Origin: a virus
Taxonomy: Duplodnaviria; Heunggongvirae; Uroviricota; Caudoviricetes
Strand: one strand, 5' to 3'
DNA length: 18,624 nucleotides
Virus record (IMG/VR): IMGVR_UViG_3300029288_007068
The notes below the pieces were generated by a model. It saw only the letters and a program-made list of their open reading frames with translations. It was not told where the DNA came from and did not search any database. Every line of letters begins with the position of its first letter. Within the stretch, counting starts at the first letter, position 1. Positions 1 to 8,516 of the stretch are shown here, in pieces. The translations under genes were made by a program, and so were the position numbers.

Positions 1-144
1 TCATTGTTTCTTCCCACAATTTTTACAGACTGTGCCGGTTGGCGTCTTTTGCCATGTATGACCACGTGGAGAACGGGCGTAATTACTTGGATGACCACCA
101 CCATTAGCGTGCCTATGTTTTACTGCGCCTTTCGGACATTTCAT
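1..144 (-). CDS. Small Cys/His-rich (zinc-ribbon-like) hypothetical protein, 47 aa
   Basis: Start re-called at 144 (MKCPKG): ATGA overlap with the upstream stop at 141-143 and a GGAGGA SD at 151-156. Ends with HTW...CKNCG; stop at 1-3. Confidence 0.6.
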   Translation of the reverse strand: MKCPKGAVKHRHANGGGHPSNYARSPRGHTWQKTPTGTVCKNCGKKQ

Positions 145-374
145 TCTATTTCCTCCTTTGACATTATCAATACTTTCGGAATAATAATCCAATCATGTGG
201 TTTGTCGCCTTCAAACTCCTGAACAAGTAATATATTTTTGTCTGTCTCTTTATACAACCAACCTATTGTTTTCATAGAAGGCAAAATCATATCATCTATG
301 TTTTGATTCTCACAAAAAGAATCATCACTCATCTTTTTTGTTATATCAATCCATTCCACAATAACTGATTTCAT
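141..374 (-). CDS. Small phage-type hypothetical protein, 77 aa
   Basis: GGAGG SD and ATGA coupling at both ends. The pattern V-x-V-E-W-x-D...T-I-G-W-L...I-I-P resembles small uncharacterised phage proteins (recognised from memory, not searched). Confidence 0.75.
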   Translation of the reverse strand: MKSVIVEWIDITKKMSDDSFCENQNIDDMILPSMKTIGWLYKETDKNILLVQEFEGDKPHDWIIIPKVLIMSKEEIE

Positions 375-529
375 TCTTTTTCCTCCAAAGCGTGTTTTGC
401 GAAGTGAACAGCCGATGTTACGTAATGAAATTTACATTTAGCAATTACTTCATCGCTTTCGCCGTGAGCTTTCAGAACTTTACCAACATATTCATCCCAA
501 TGCTTAGTTGCAAGTTCCTCAATATTCAT
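371..529 (-). CDS. Hypothetical protein, 52 aa, missing from the ORF track
   Basis: Hand translation: MNIEELATKHWDEYVGKVLKAHGESDEVIAKCKFHYVTSAVHFAKHALEEKE*. It fills the gap exactly, with ATGA overlaps at 526-529 and 371-374. Confidence 0.7.
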   Translation of the reverse strand: MNIEELATKHWDEYVGKVLKAHGESDEVIAKCKFHYVTSAVHFAKHALEEKE

Positions 530-1926
530 GTGTGTCTAAACCCCCGAAAACTTGCGTCTTTCTCTGTATACATTTTCCGCATAACTTTTATAGTTGATAA
601 TCGCTGGTATTCGTAATAGTCAGTTATAAGTTTGAAGTTTGCTTCGTAAAGTGCATTATAGAATTGGTCGTCAGTTAAATCGGTGAAGTTTATGGCAATC
701 AAATCCGAGTTGAGATGCTTATTTTCATAGAAGTCAGCCGCGTCTTTGAGCTTACCTTCTTTTATTGCTTGATAGTATAAGTCACTACCGGGATATGGCG
801 TGACTGGACGAATGGTTCTCATCTGGGAGTAATCATTATATTTTTGAATGAGTTGTAGCCCCTGTTGCATCGACTGTAGCGAGTCACCTATGTTGCCAAA
901 TATAATGTTTAATCCAGAACTGATACCTTGTTGGCGTGTGGCTTCCAGCCCTTTGTCTATGATGTCGGTTGTTAGATTTTTATTCATATTTTTTAAAACG
1001 TTATCATCATACGATTCTATTCCATAGTTGATAAACGTACAACCAGCCTTCTTCATGAGTTGAAGGATTTCGGGTTTCGCAAAGTTAAGCCTTCCATCGC
1101 AACACCATCTTATATCGAGGTTTGCCTCTATAAGTGCATTACAAACTTCTTGGGTTCGTTTTGGTGACGCCATAAGGAGTTCATCGTAAAAGGCAATATA
1201 CGAAATATGATGCCTTTGCTTCAATTGCTTTATCTCTTCTACTATATTCTGTGGTGAGCGAAACCGAATTCCCGGACACATTCTGTAACAGAAGTTACAC
1301 TTAAATATACACCCGCGGCTGGCAAGGACAGGGAAAGTCCTTTCGGTGTGCTTTACGTTTGGAAATCTGCTAAGACAATAATGGTCGATTGGGAATAAAT
1401 CCCACGCCGGGAATGGAATTGAATCTAAATCTTGTATGAGTTCTCGTTCTGGAGTTTTCACTAAGCGCCCATCTTTCAAATAAGCAATTCCATGAACTTT
1501 AGACAAATACTCCAAACCAACCTTTCCATTGACCATAAGCAACTCGAGAATGGTTCGCTCTCCTTCTCCTATTACAACATAATCTGCGCCACTGAGTTTT
1601 AAGAAGTATTCTGGCTCTGGAGAGGGACCGTGCCCACCAAGAATGTATATGAAGTTCTCTCGATTAAGAGAAGCGTTAACAGCCTTTGATATCTCTTTTA
1701 CTTTTTGATATTGCCAATATCCCGCCACAAACGAAAGACCAACAGCGTCAAAGTGATTCTCATCTAAATATTTTGTCAGGTGCTCCGGTGGATAGTGATA
1801 AACATCCTGGTTGTAGATTACTGGTTGGTGACCAGCCTCTCGCAAGACAGCAGATAGGTATCCCAAACCAAGAGGAAACTCACTAACATATGAGCCATTA
1901 TCGTAAGCAATTAACAATACTTTCAT
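526..1926 (-). CDS. B12-binding domain radical SAM protein (class B methyltransferase-like), 466 aa
   Basis: N-terminal cobalamin-binding-like region (PLGLGYL, ILGGHGPS, VVIGEGE); SRGCIFKCNFC is the CxxxCxxC motif; GIESY and PYPGS follow. Start re-called at 1926 (MKVLLI) because the longer call runs deep into the cupin gene. Confidence 0.9.
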   Translation of the reverse strand: MKVLLIAYDNGSYVSEFPLGLGYLSAVLREAGHQPVIYNQDVYHYPPEHLTKYLDENHFDAVGLSFVAGYWQYQKVKEISKAVNASLNRENFIYILGGHGPSPEPEYFLKLSGADYVVIGEGERTILELLMVNGKVGLEYLSKVHGIAYLKDGRLVKTPERELIQDLDSIPFPAWDLFPIDHYCLSRFPNVKHTERTFPVLASRGCIFKCNFCYRMCPGIRFRSPQNIVEEIKQLKQRHHISYIAFYDELLMASPKRTQEVCNALIEANLDIRWCCDGRLNFAKPEILQLMKKAGCTFINYGIESYDDNVLKNMNKNLTTDIIDKGLEATRQQGISSGLNIIFGNIGDSLQSMQQGLQLIQKYNDYSQMRTIRPVTPYPGSDLYYQAIKEGKLKDAADFYENKHLNSDLIAINFTDLTDDQFYNALYEANFKLITDYYEYQRLSTIKVMRKMYTEKDASFRGFRHT

Positions 1927-2272
1927 CTGGAACTCGACCACCCTCTTCCATTTGATGTGTATCATCGTCGAAATGTTGTGTTGAAACCTCAAAGATTTCA
2001 CTATCGCAAAGCCCGGTAAACCTATGTAACTCATGCGGACGTATTCTTATAACCTCACCGGGATACATCTGCATTTGATACATCTTATGATTTCTTTCAT
2101 ACTCCATAAGAATACAACCGGTTTGAACATAAAGCGTCTCATCTTTTATTTTATGATATTGGAGGGATGTTCTAAATCCTTTCTTAATACGAAGAATCTT
2201 TCCGCAGTAAAGTCTATTGTTCACTATAATTGTTGCTGTACCCCACTTTCGCTCTTCGTATTTTGCAATCAT
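1898..2272 (-). CDS. Cupin-domain protein (mannose-6-phosphate isomerase type II C-terminal-like / sugar isomerase)
   Basis: KWG...SLQYHKIKDETLYV...PHELHRF...EVST cupin motifs; ATGA overlap with the NeuB-like stop. Confidence 0.85.
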   Translation of the reverse strand: MIAKYEERKWGTATIIVNNRLYCGKILRIKKGFRTSLQYHKIKDETLYVQTGCILMEYERNHKMYQMQMYPGEVIRIRPHELHRFTGLCDSEIFEVSTQHFDDDTHQMEEGGRVPDESIVNCLR

Positions 2273-3057
2273 TTTTCGTTACCTTCATCAATAAGTCTTA
2301 TACATCTAACCAACTCACCCAATTCGTATGGATTAAGTGAAACGTTTTTATCCGGACAGGGAAAGTCATCATCGAGAGTAATATGTTGTTCGATTATACT
2401 CGCGCCGAGTTCAGTTGCCAACAAACTATATTCAATATCCTTTGAATGACTTGAAAGCCCTGTTGGATAAGCATCATATCTATCTCGAAACTCTATGTAA
2501 CTCTTTCTATCAAACTCATAACAGGGATACTTGCTTATGCAATAAAGGAGTGCGACATTATTTGTAACCAGCGTCAAAAAGTGGTTAATCTCTTCTATTG
2601 ATGCTCTTCTGTTTTCTGAAGTAATACTCCCAGTTGACGCTATAATTGGTTTTCCCTTCACCCTTACTCTCTTCACAAAATAATCCCGCGTAAGACTTGG
2701 AGATGCTATTTTGTAGACTGGAACAATATCTGCCAAGAAATCAATGGCGCCAAGCGAATGAGGAGTAGAAAAGAAAATAATGTGTTTTGAATCACAATAT
2801 TGTTTGATTTCAATGAACTCATCATAACTGAGGTTTGGAATGTTGCGAAAGCGCTGGAATTCGTCCATCGATATGTCTGGGAAATCGTCTTTAGTCCTTT
2901 TGAAAGTTTGGAATTTAACTGCATCACATTTTGCTTTGACAGCAACATCTACAAGTTGTTTAGCGATGTCAATAGAACCATTGTGTGCGACCCCCGCCTC
3001 TGCGACTACAAATGTCGGATATCCATATCCTATTTTTCTCATTCCTATTTGAATCAT
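2269..3057 (-). CDS. neuB: N-acetylneuraminate synthase family (NeuB-like) PEP-dependent ulosonate synthase lacking the C-terminal SAF domain, 262 aa
   Basis: AEAGVAHNG, KFQ, STP, KIAS, STG, YP, LSSH, EQHITLD and PD motifs; GGAGG SD before the ATG at 3057. Confidence 0.9.
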   Translation of the reverse strand: MIQIGMRKIGYGYPTFVVAEAGVAHNGSIDIAKQLVDVAVKAKCDAVKFQTFKRTKDDFPDISMDEFQRFRNIPNLSYDEFIEIKQYCDSKHIIFFSTPHSLGAIDFLADIVPVYKIASPSLTRDYFVKRVRVKGKPIIASTGSITSENRRASIEEINHFLTLVTNNVALLYCISKYPCYEFDRKSYIEFRDRYDAYPTGLSSHSKDIEYSLLATELGASIIEQHITLDDDFPCPDKNVSLNPYELGELVRCIRLIDEGNEK

Positions 3058-3061
3058 ATAT

Positions 3062-3982
3062 CTATCCCTCCTCCTTAAAAACATTTTTTTCTATAAACTC
3101 TTTTAATGAAACTATTAAAATTAACCTGGTTCCTTTATACTTAGAATTCTCAATAATTTGTTTCCTATCTTTATAATACTGTTCTGGAGTTCTTTTATCA
3201 AATGCATTTGGACAGGGATGATACTCGACAAAACAGCCTTGGAAGAGTTTATCGTCAGACTGGGGGTAGAAGTCAATACGTTTAGAACCAACACTTATAT
3301 TACAGTTAACTCCTTTGATGGGTTTGGTCAAAAGTAATTTGGCACACTCCCGTTCTCTCGGGGATAAAAAACCAACATCTTCCCAAACATAACGAGAATT
3401 TTCTAATAATGTTGTAATAGCTCTTTTACCGTTTTCTCTTAACTGTTGTCTACCTTCTTCACTGTTTATCCAAGTAATAAATCGGTCTCTTCTTCTTTTT
3501 GCAACCTCGGGATAATTCCAGGGATTGTTTGTTTTATCACGTTCTCTAAGTCTTTCGTATACACCGTTTTTTCTATTTATTTCGGCAACTCTCTTAGCAG
3601 TTTCTGGATTTTTCATAGGATGGTCAGGTCTCAAATTCCTTAAACGAAGTCGTTCATACACACCATTTTTTCTTTTTGAATCCGAATTCTTTTTCACAGC
3701 GCCAGGTTTAGATAATGGGGGAAATATCTTTGAATAGTGACCGGGAAGGTACTTACTACCCGGTGCGGCTAACTCACCACAACCACAGAGACAGGGTTGA
3801 GATACCGGGGTAACGTAGGTACCATCTTTTTTGGATAGTTTAGTTCTTCTCATTTTTGCTACAATCTCAGGATGGTCGGAAGGACAATCAACTCTCGTAT
3901 TATGCCCATTTACGTACTTGTTATAAATGCCGTTTTTCCCTAATTTAGTTGGCTGTCCGCAACCACATAAACATAAATTCAT
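3062..3982 (-). CDS. Putative free-standing homing endonuclease (two CxCGCG modules, basic repeats, C-terminal Vsr/DUF559-like nuclease), 306 aa
   Basis: CLCGCG...Y..GH occurs twice. The C-terminus has SPRERE...RIDFY...VEYH. Start re-called at 3982 (ATGA overlap with the neuA stop). Confidence 0.65.
   Translation of the reverse strand: MNLCLCGCGQPTKLGKNGIYNKYVNGHNTRVDCPSDHPEIVAKMRRTKLSKKDGTYVTPVSQPCLCGCGELAAPGSKYLPGHYSKIFPPLSKPGAVKKNSDSKRKNGVYERLRLRNLRPDHPMKNPETAKRVAEINRKNGVYERLRERDKTNNPWNYPEVAKRRRDRFITWINSEEGRQQLRENGKRAITTLLENSRYVWEDVGFLSPRERECAKLLLTKPIKGVNCNISVGSKRIDFYPQSDDKLFQGCFVEYHPCPNAFDKRTPEQYYKDRKQIIENSKYKGTRLILIVSLKEFIEKNVFKEEG
3545..3673 (-). repeat. Intragenic direct repeat encoding RKNGVYERLR twice
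   Basis: Copies at 3545-3574 and 3644-3673, 99 nt apart. The peptides are identical but the DNA differs at synonymous positions. Confidence 0.85.
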
Positions 3983-4605
3983 TTTTTCTTTCTCCTCTGT
4001 AAAATTTGTTCTGCAAGCCAAAAATCGTATTCATCATCTATTTCTATACTCTCTTCTCGAGACGTAAAAACTTGCCCCAAATTACTACCAAAAAGCGTTC
4101 CTTTTTTTATAAGTCCGCTCCAAATTACGTAAACATTACCATCATCAAAAAAATACCCTCTATAGTCCTGTCTTCTTTGACTGTTTGTTCCATAAGGCAT
4201 ACTCTTTACCATGAAGCCAGTAGCAGTAGAACCAATCGCATTTTCTTGGGTATGTTGTTTTATACATCTGTCTATAAGACCGGGATTTCGGATGGGCGAC
4301 GTGCACTGGAGAAGAACTGTTGTCTCTTGAGGAACTTTAGTAATAAAGTCTTTGAGGGTATCAATTATCAACGACCCATCGGTAGCCAATTCCTGTGGGC
4401 GCTCTATTACTTCCACTCCATAATCCTTTGATATCTTTGCTATCTCCTTGTCGTCGGTTGATACATAATACTTATCCATGAAGTGTGAAGCAAGGGCGCT
4501 TTCCAGAGTCCAAACTATAAGAGGTTTTCCAGCAATTGTCTTTATGTTTTTGCGCGGGATTCCCTTCGAACCACCGCGAGCTGGAGTTATCCCTACTATA
4601 GTCAT
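3979..4605 (-). CDS. neuA: Acylneuraminate cytidylyltransferase (CMP-nonulosonate synthetase), 208 aa
   Basis: PARGGSKGIPRKNI...GKPLI, VSTDD, LQCTSP, EIDDEYD. Confidence 0.92.
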   Translation of the reverse strand: MTIVGITPARGGSKGIPRKNIKTIAGKPLIVWTLESALASHFMDKYYVSTDDKEIAKISKDYGVEVIERPQELATDGSLIIDTLKDFITKVPQETTVLLQCTSPIRNPGLIDRCIKQHTQENAIGSTATGFMVKSMPYGTNSQRRQDYRGYFFDDGNVYVIWSGLIKKGTLFGSNLGQVFTSREESIEIDDEYDFWLAEQILQRRKKK

Positions 4606-4613
4606 TGTTTCAC

Positions 4614-5450
4614 TTAAAGAGATGCTATAAGAGCGTCTATTGCTTTGGTTGCGTTCAAGTAACTACTATAAGATGAGTTATAAAGATTCCAATGGGTTTT
4701 CATTGTAGTTATTGCGCTCGCACCACCAGTTGTATTTCCAACAGAATAAAGCTGACTCGCGTTTCTCAAATAGTAATTTGTCTGAATCATTTGTGAAGTC
4801 ATTTCCAACTCAATCGGATGCAGATTCACATACATACCAACATAAGTATTAGTCCACTCTTGGTCTACTTTATTTGCGGCTGACTGGAAATACGTATTGG
4901 TTTCGTTAAAGAGATTTCGGGTGTTGTTATAATTGCTCATAGAAGAGGTTGCTTTCGAAATAGCGTTTGGATAATCTGTCGCCAAGAAGTAATTGTATGA
5001 ATCAGTGAAGTTTGTTTGACCGACAGCGATAGACGAATTTGATATCTTTAGCTTTAAAAGTCCTTTGTTAAATGCTTTTAAGAAATTCGCCCAAGATGTG
5101 TTAATGTTACCAACCACAATCTCCAAGTTATCATATAAAGTTTGTAACGCGGTGACTTGCCCTGTTAGCGTTGTAACCTGCGCTTCAAGGTTACCTTTTG
5201 CAGTAGCGAGAGCTTCTATTTGGATTGTTGAGTTCGCCAGCTGTTGTTGAAAAGTTGCCATAAGGCTTGACATGAGGGCGGAATTGTTAGTTGTTATGGT
5301 TACCATTTTTGATTCAAAATCGGTTGTTAGTTTTCTCAATAAGTCTTGTGTGCTTTGACTTTCATTATACAAGACAGCTGTTGTGGTTATTGATATTGAT
5401 AGGGCGATAATAGCCACGAAGAACGCCCATGCTTTTACATATGTTGCCAT
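4614..5450 (-). CDS. N-terminally membrane-anchored, coiled-coil, Asn/Ser/Thr-rich protein (predicted surface glycoprotein), 278 aa
   Basis: Hydrophobic N-terminal helix (AWAFFVAIIALSISITTTAVL), heptad-like region, 12 N-x-S/T sequons counted by hand. GGTGA SD; TAATG coupling to the upstream gene. Confidence 0.75.
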   Translation of the reverse strand: MATYVKAWAFFVAIIALSISITTTAVLYNESQSTQDLLRKLTTDFESKMVTITTNNSALMSSLMATFQQQLANSTIQIEALATAKGNLEAQVTTLTGQVTALQTLYDNLEIVVGNINTSWANFLKAFNKGLLKLKISNSSIAVGQTNFTDSYNYFLATDYPNAISKATSSMSNYNNTRNLFNETNTYFQSAANKVDQEWTNTYVGMYVNLHPIELEMTSQMIQTNYYLRNASQLYSVGNTTGGASAITTMKTHWNLYNSSYSSYLNATKAIDALIASL

Positions 5451-6586
5451 TAGATTTCACCTACTATTTCTTTTATCGTACTACATTGTATTTTGATTTC
5501 TTCTTCACTCATCTTTGCACGAACAGGGATTGCTATTGTCCGACTAAGCAACTCATTGCTTGAATAAAGTAAACTATGGATTTTCTTTATTGGAATATGC
5601 GACCAATACCAAGCATTATGCCAGCGCATTGCATCTGGAATATTAAACAAACCATAACCCTTTGATGTCCATCTTTTTACAAACTCATTGGCTTGTTCCT
5701 CATCTTTAAGGAAAAACGAAACTGAAGCCCCAATGTCGCCATTTGGGTCTGGACGCTGTCGGAGTTCTACAATTCCATTCAATTCTTTTAAGAAAGACTG
5801 TTTGTTTATTCTGTGATAGGCTATAATCTCCCTTAATCTCCTGAGTTGGACTAAACCAAGTGCACCCTGTAGCTCCATCATTTTATAATTAAAGCCAATT
5901 CCAATTGCTTCATCCCGCCCGCGTGGGACTGATGGATTAAAGGCGTGTCCATGGTCACTCAACCCACGAACCTTCTTATATATATCTTCATTGTTGGTAA
6001 TTACCATTCCACCTTCGCCAGTAGTAAGCATTTTACCATAATCAAAGGAGAATATTCCAACATCGCCAATCGTCCCAAGAAATTGACTTTTAAAAGTGCC
6101 ACCGGGCGATTGTGCGTTATCTTCTAAGATTTTGATGTTGTTGCCACATTGTTCACATACTTTGTTAATTCTTTTCATATCACAAGCAACGCCAGACATG
6201 TGCACAGGGATAACTACGCGAGTCTTTGATGTGATTGAGTGTTCTAATTCGTTAACATCCATATTGAGTGACTTATCAATATCCACTATGACTGGAGTCG
6301 CGCCAACTTCGCAGATTGCTTCCACTGTAGCTATGAATGTGTGTGCTTGTGTGATGACTTCGTCTCCCGGCTTTACTCCAAGCGCTTGAAGAGATAGTTT
6401 AAGGGCGGCTGAACCAGATGACACCGCGTGTGCATACTTTACACGAAAGGTTTCAGCAAAGGCATTTTCGAAGGCTCTCACTCTGGAAGTCTGTGTTCCA
6501 TAACGATAAAGAATTCCTTTGTTTTCAGTAAAGACTTTATTTATTTCTTCGATTTCTTCTTGCCCGATGAACTCGCTACCCGGCAT
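5450..6586 (-). CDS. kdnA: DegT/DnrJ/EryC1/StrS PLP aminotransferase, KdnA-like (8-amino-Kdo transaminase type), 378 aa
   Basis: SSGSAAL, EDNAQS, FSFDYGK (PLP lysine) and GEGG. The features MPGxExxGxEE, SDHGH and PDPxGD match my recollection of Shewanella KdnA. Start re-called at 6586 with a GGAGG SD. Confidence 0.8.
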   Translation of the reverse strand: MPGSEFIGQEEIEEINKVFTENKGILYRYGTQTSRVRAFENAFAETFRVKYAHAVSSGSAALKLSLQALGVKPGDEVITQAHTFIATVEAICEVGATPVIVDIDKSLNMDVNELEHSITSKTRVVIPVHMSGVACDMKRINKVCEQCGNNIKILEDNAQSPGGTFKSQFLGTIGDVGIFSFDYGKMLTTGEGGMVITNNEDIYKKVRGLSDHGHAFNPSVPRGRDEAIGIGFNYKMMELQGALGLVQLRRLREIIAYHRINKQSFLKELNGIVELRQRPDPNGDIGASVSFFLKDEEQANEFVKRWTSKGYGLFNIPDAMRWHNAWYWSHIPIKKIHSLLYSSNELLSRTIAIPVRAKMSEEEIKIQCSTIKEIVGEI

Positions 6587-6867
6587 TTCTTTCTTGCCTC
6601 CTTCCATGTCTTTGACGATGTGTTTGGTGAACAACCCAAATTGACTTCAATCTCTATTCCCCTCTTTTCGTGTGGCGCCAAGTGGTGTTTCCGACAGACC
6701 ATGTTTATGATTGCTTCTTGCCAGTCCTGTGGCATATAGTATTTCATAAACCAATCTGTTTTCTTCGTTTCTCCAGATTCAATGAGCGCATCTATGTCAG
6801 CTGATGGCTGGGCGTATTTGTATTGTAGCCTATAGATTTCCAATACTATCTCATCATATTTATTCAT
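6541..6867 (-). CDS. Hypothetical protein, 108 aa
   Basis: Start re-called at 6867 (MNKYDE), just after the upstream stop. It fills the gap between genes; its Lys-rich tail overlaps the aminotransferase start by 46 nt. No recognisable motif. Confidence 0.55.
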   Translation of the reverse strand: MNKYDEIVLEIYRLQYKYAQPSADIDALIESGETKKTDWFMKYYMPQDWQEAIINMVCRKHHLAPHEKRGIEIEVNLGCSPNTSSKTWKEARKKCRVASSSGKKKSKK

Positions 6868-6868
6868 T

Positions 6869-7831
6869 TTAATCAACCCCTTCAAGAGTGGGATAACAAT
6901 TGTTACAAGGCTTAAGAGCATCATGACCAGAGTGCTTTAATGTTTGTCGTATGAAGGTTAGTCTCTTGGACTTATTCCACATATCTCTTATTGTCTGGTT
7001 TTTAACATTACCTATGGTTAAGAAATTATTATAATCACCACAACAGGGAGAAACCTTGCCATCCCAATCAACTTGAATTTGGTGATAAACTTCTGTACAT
7101 GGAACGTGCTCTAATTTCTTTGTTTTCTTTGGAGAAGCGAAATTCATAAACAAACTCATTTCTGGCGTTATCTTTGGCAAAATTCTAAAGTTTGTTCTCC
7201 CAACAGATACCGCGTCTACTTTATCAACCCAATAATCAACAAATTCTTTTATCTGCTTTGGTGTTTCTTTAAAGACTGTAGTTGTAACTTGAACAAATGG
7301 TTTTTCATTATCACCGCGAAGCGCTAAAAACTCCTTTATGTTAGCAACCAACTTCTGATATTGATTTGTGTTGCGCATAAAATTGTATCCAAATTCGTTG
7401 GCACCCTGAAACGAAAAGATGAGAGAATCCACTCCATAACCAACCATGCAAGACATATCGTATTCTTCAAATGCAAGTCCGTTAGTTGTTATATGAAGCA
7501 ATTGGTTGTTTCTTTGCTTTGTATATTCAATGAAGTCTTGAATTTGTGGGTGGACAAAAGGTTCTCCCCATCCTATGAGACGAATGGGTGTTTTATTACT
7601 TTTACATTCCCGAACGACTTTCTTAAATACATCATACTCCATATAACCCTGTGGTCTGGTTGATTGAACTCTTGGACACATTCTGCATCTGAGATTACAA
7701 TAGTTTGTTGGTTCTATATCAACGTATATGGGAAAAGAGGGTGGACTCTTGGGAATTGTTGTAACTGCCTCACTCTTGTAGATTGCTTCAAAGGGATTAA
7801 TTCTTTTTGAGTTTTTATTGTAATACATCAT
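6869..7831 (-). CDS. Radical SAM / SPASM(twitch)-domain protein, about 320 aa
   Basis: EPTNYCNLRCRMC, GWGEP, C-terminal C...DWDGKVSPCC...IGN...CNNC; GGTGA SD and ATGA overlap at 7828-7831. Confidence 0.9.
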   Translation of the reverse strand: MMYYNKNSKRINPFEAIYKSEAVTTIPKSPPSFPIYVDIEPTNYCNLRCRMCPRVQSTRPQGYMEYDVFKKVVRECKSNKTPIRLIGWGEPFVHPQIQDFIEYTKQRNNQLLHITTNGLAFEEYDMSCMVGYGVDSLIFSFQGANEFGYNFMRNTNQYQKLVANIKEFLALRGDNEKPFVQVTTTVFKETPKQIKEFVDYWVDKVDAVSVGRTNFRILPKITPEMSLFMNFASPKKTKKLEHVPCTEVYHQIQVDWDGKVSPCCGDYNNFLTIGNVKNQTIRDMWNKSKRLTFIRQTLKHSGHDALKPCNNCYPTLEGVD

Positions 7832-8427
7832 GGTTTCACCACCCACCAATCAGTAACCCACCCATTGAGTTTCAAATTGTTTTTATCTACAAATTCTAAT
7901 ACAGCCCGACAAAGCCCTTCGCAGTCTGCGCGGAAGTCATGACCACCAAGAACGCCACCAGACTTGACAAATGGATAATAGTTTTCAATATCTTGTTTGA
8001 CATGTTGATAATCATGTGCACCATCAATGTAAACAAAATCTATGGGAGTTTGCGCCAGTTCAAAAAAACGTTGTGCAACCTCAGAAGGCTTTGCTATGAA
8101 AAAAGTCCTGTCGGAATATGGTTTCATTCTCTTAAAAGCAATTTCAAAATCTTTTTCTCTATCTTTATAATCATTAATTCCATCGTCATACAATTCGTAT
8201 GGGTCAACCATGTATAACTTCTTTATGGGCAGATTCTGTATTATGCTAAAAGCGTTCAGCGCTTGATGTGTTCCTATTTCGATGCCGATTAATTCTTGTT
8301 TTTTTACATTGTGTAATTTCACATAATTTATCATAGGACGTAAATGGTAGCTGTGGGTGAGATGTTGTTGTAAATATTTTTTAAAGAAGTTGAAAGATTG
8401 TTGGATAATTTTTGCTTTGTAATACAT
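7828..8427 (-). CDS. Class I SAM-dependent methyltransferase (Methyltransf_24-like), 199 aa
   Basis: EIGT, VDPY, DFVYIDGAHDY...D...VKSGGVLGGHDF; AGGAG SD before the ATG at 8427. Confidence 0.85.
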   Translation of the reverse strand: MYYKAKIIQQSFNFFKKYLQQHLTHSYHLRPMINYVKLHNVKKQELIGIEIGTHQALNAFSIIQNLPIKKLYMVDPYELYDDGINDYKDREKDFEIAFKRMKPYSDRTFFIAKPSEVAQRFFELAQTPIDFVYIDGAHDYQHVKQDIENYYPFVKSGGVLGGHDFRADCEGLCRAVLEFVDKNNLKLNGWVTDWWVVKP

Positions 8428-8516
8428 CCTTTCTCCTAATATTATGTGAAAGAAAGAATAAAATAACAACCCTAATGTAGGCTTGTCAGATTGTGAGAGT
8501 ATATATTTTATCCTTT
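8428..8516 (-). promoter_or_regulatory. Longest non-coding gap (80 bp): possible BRE/TATA-like element, weak hairpin and U-rich tract
   Basis: Minus strand: GAAAGGA-TAAAATATATA (8517-8500), CCTA-CAT-TAGG (8481-8471), TTGTTATTTTATTCTTTCTTTC (8469-8448). The motifs are seen directly; their function is inferred. Confidence 0.3.

Noticed and set aside
3062-3982. Group I intron or intein carrying the endonuclease
   Set aside because: neuA and neuB are each complete, separate ORFs, and there is no flanking non-coding sequence for a ribozyme core.
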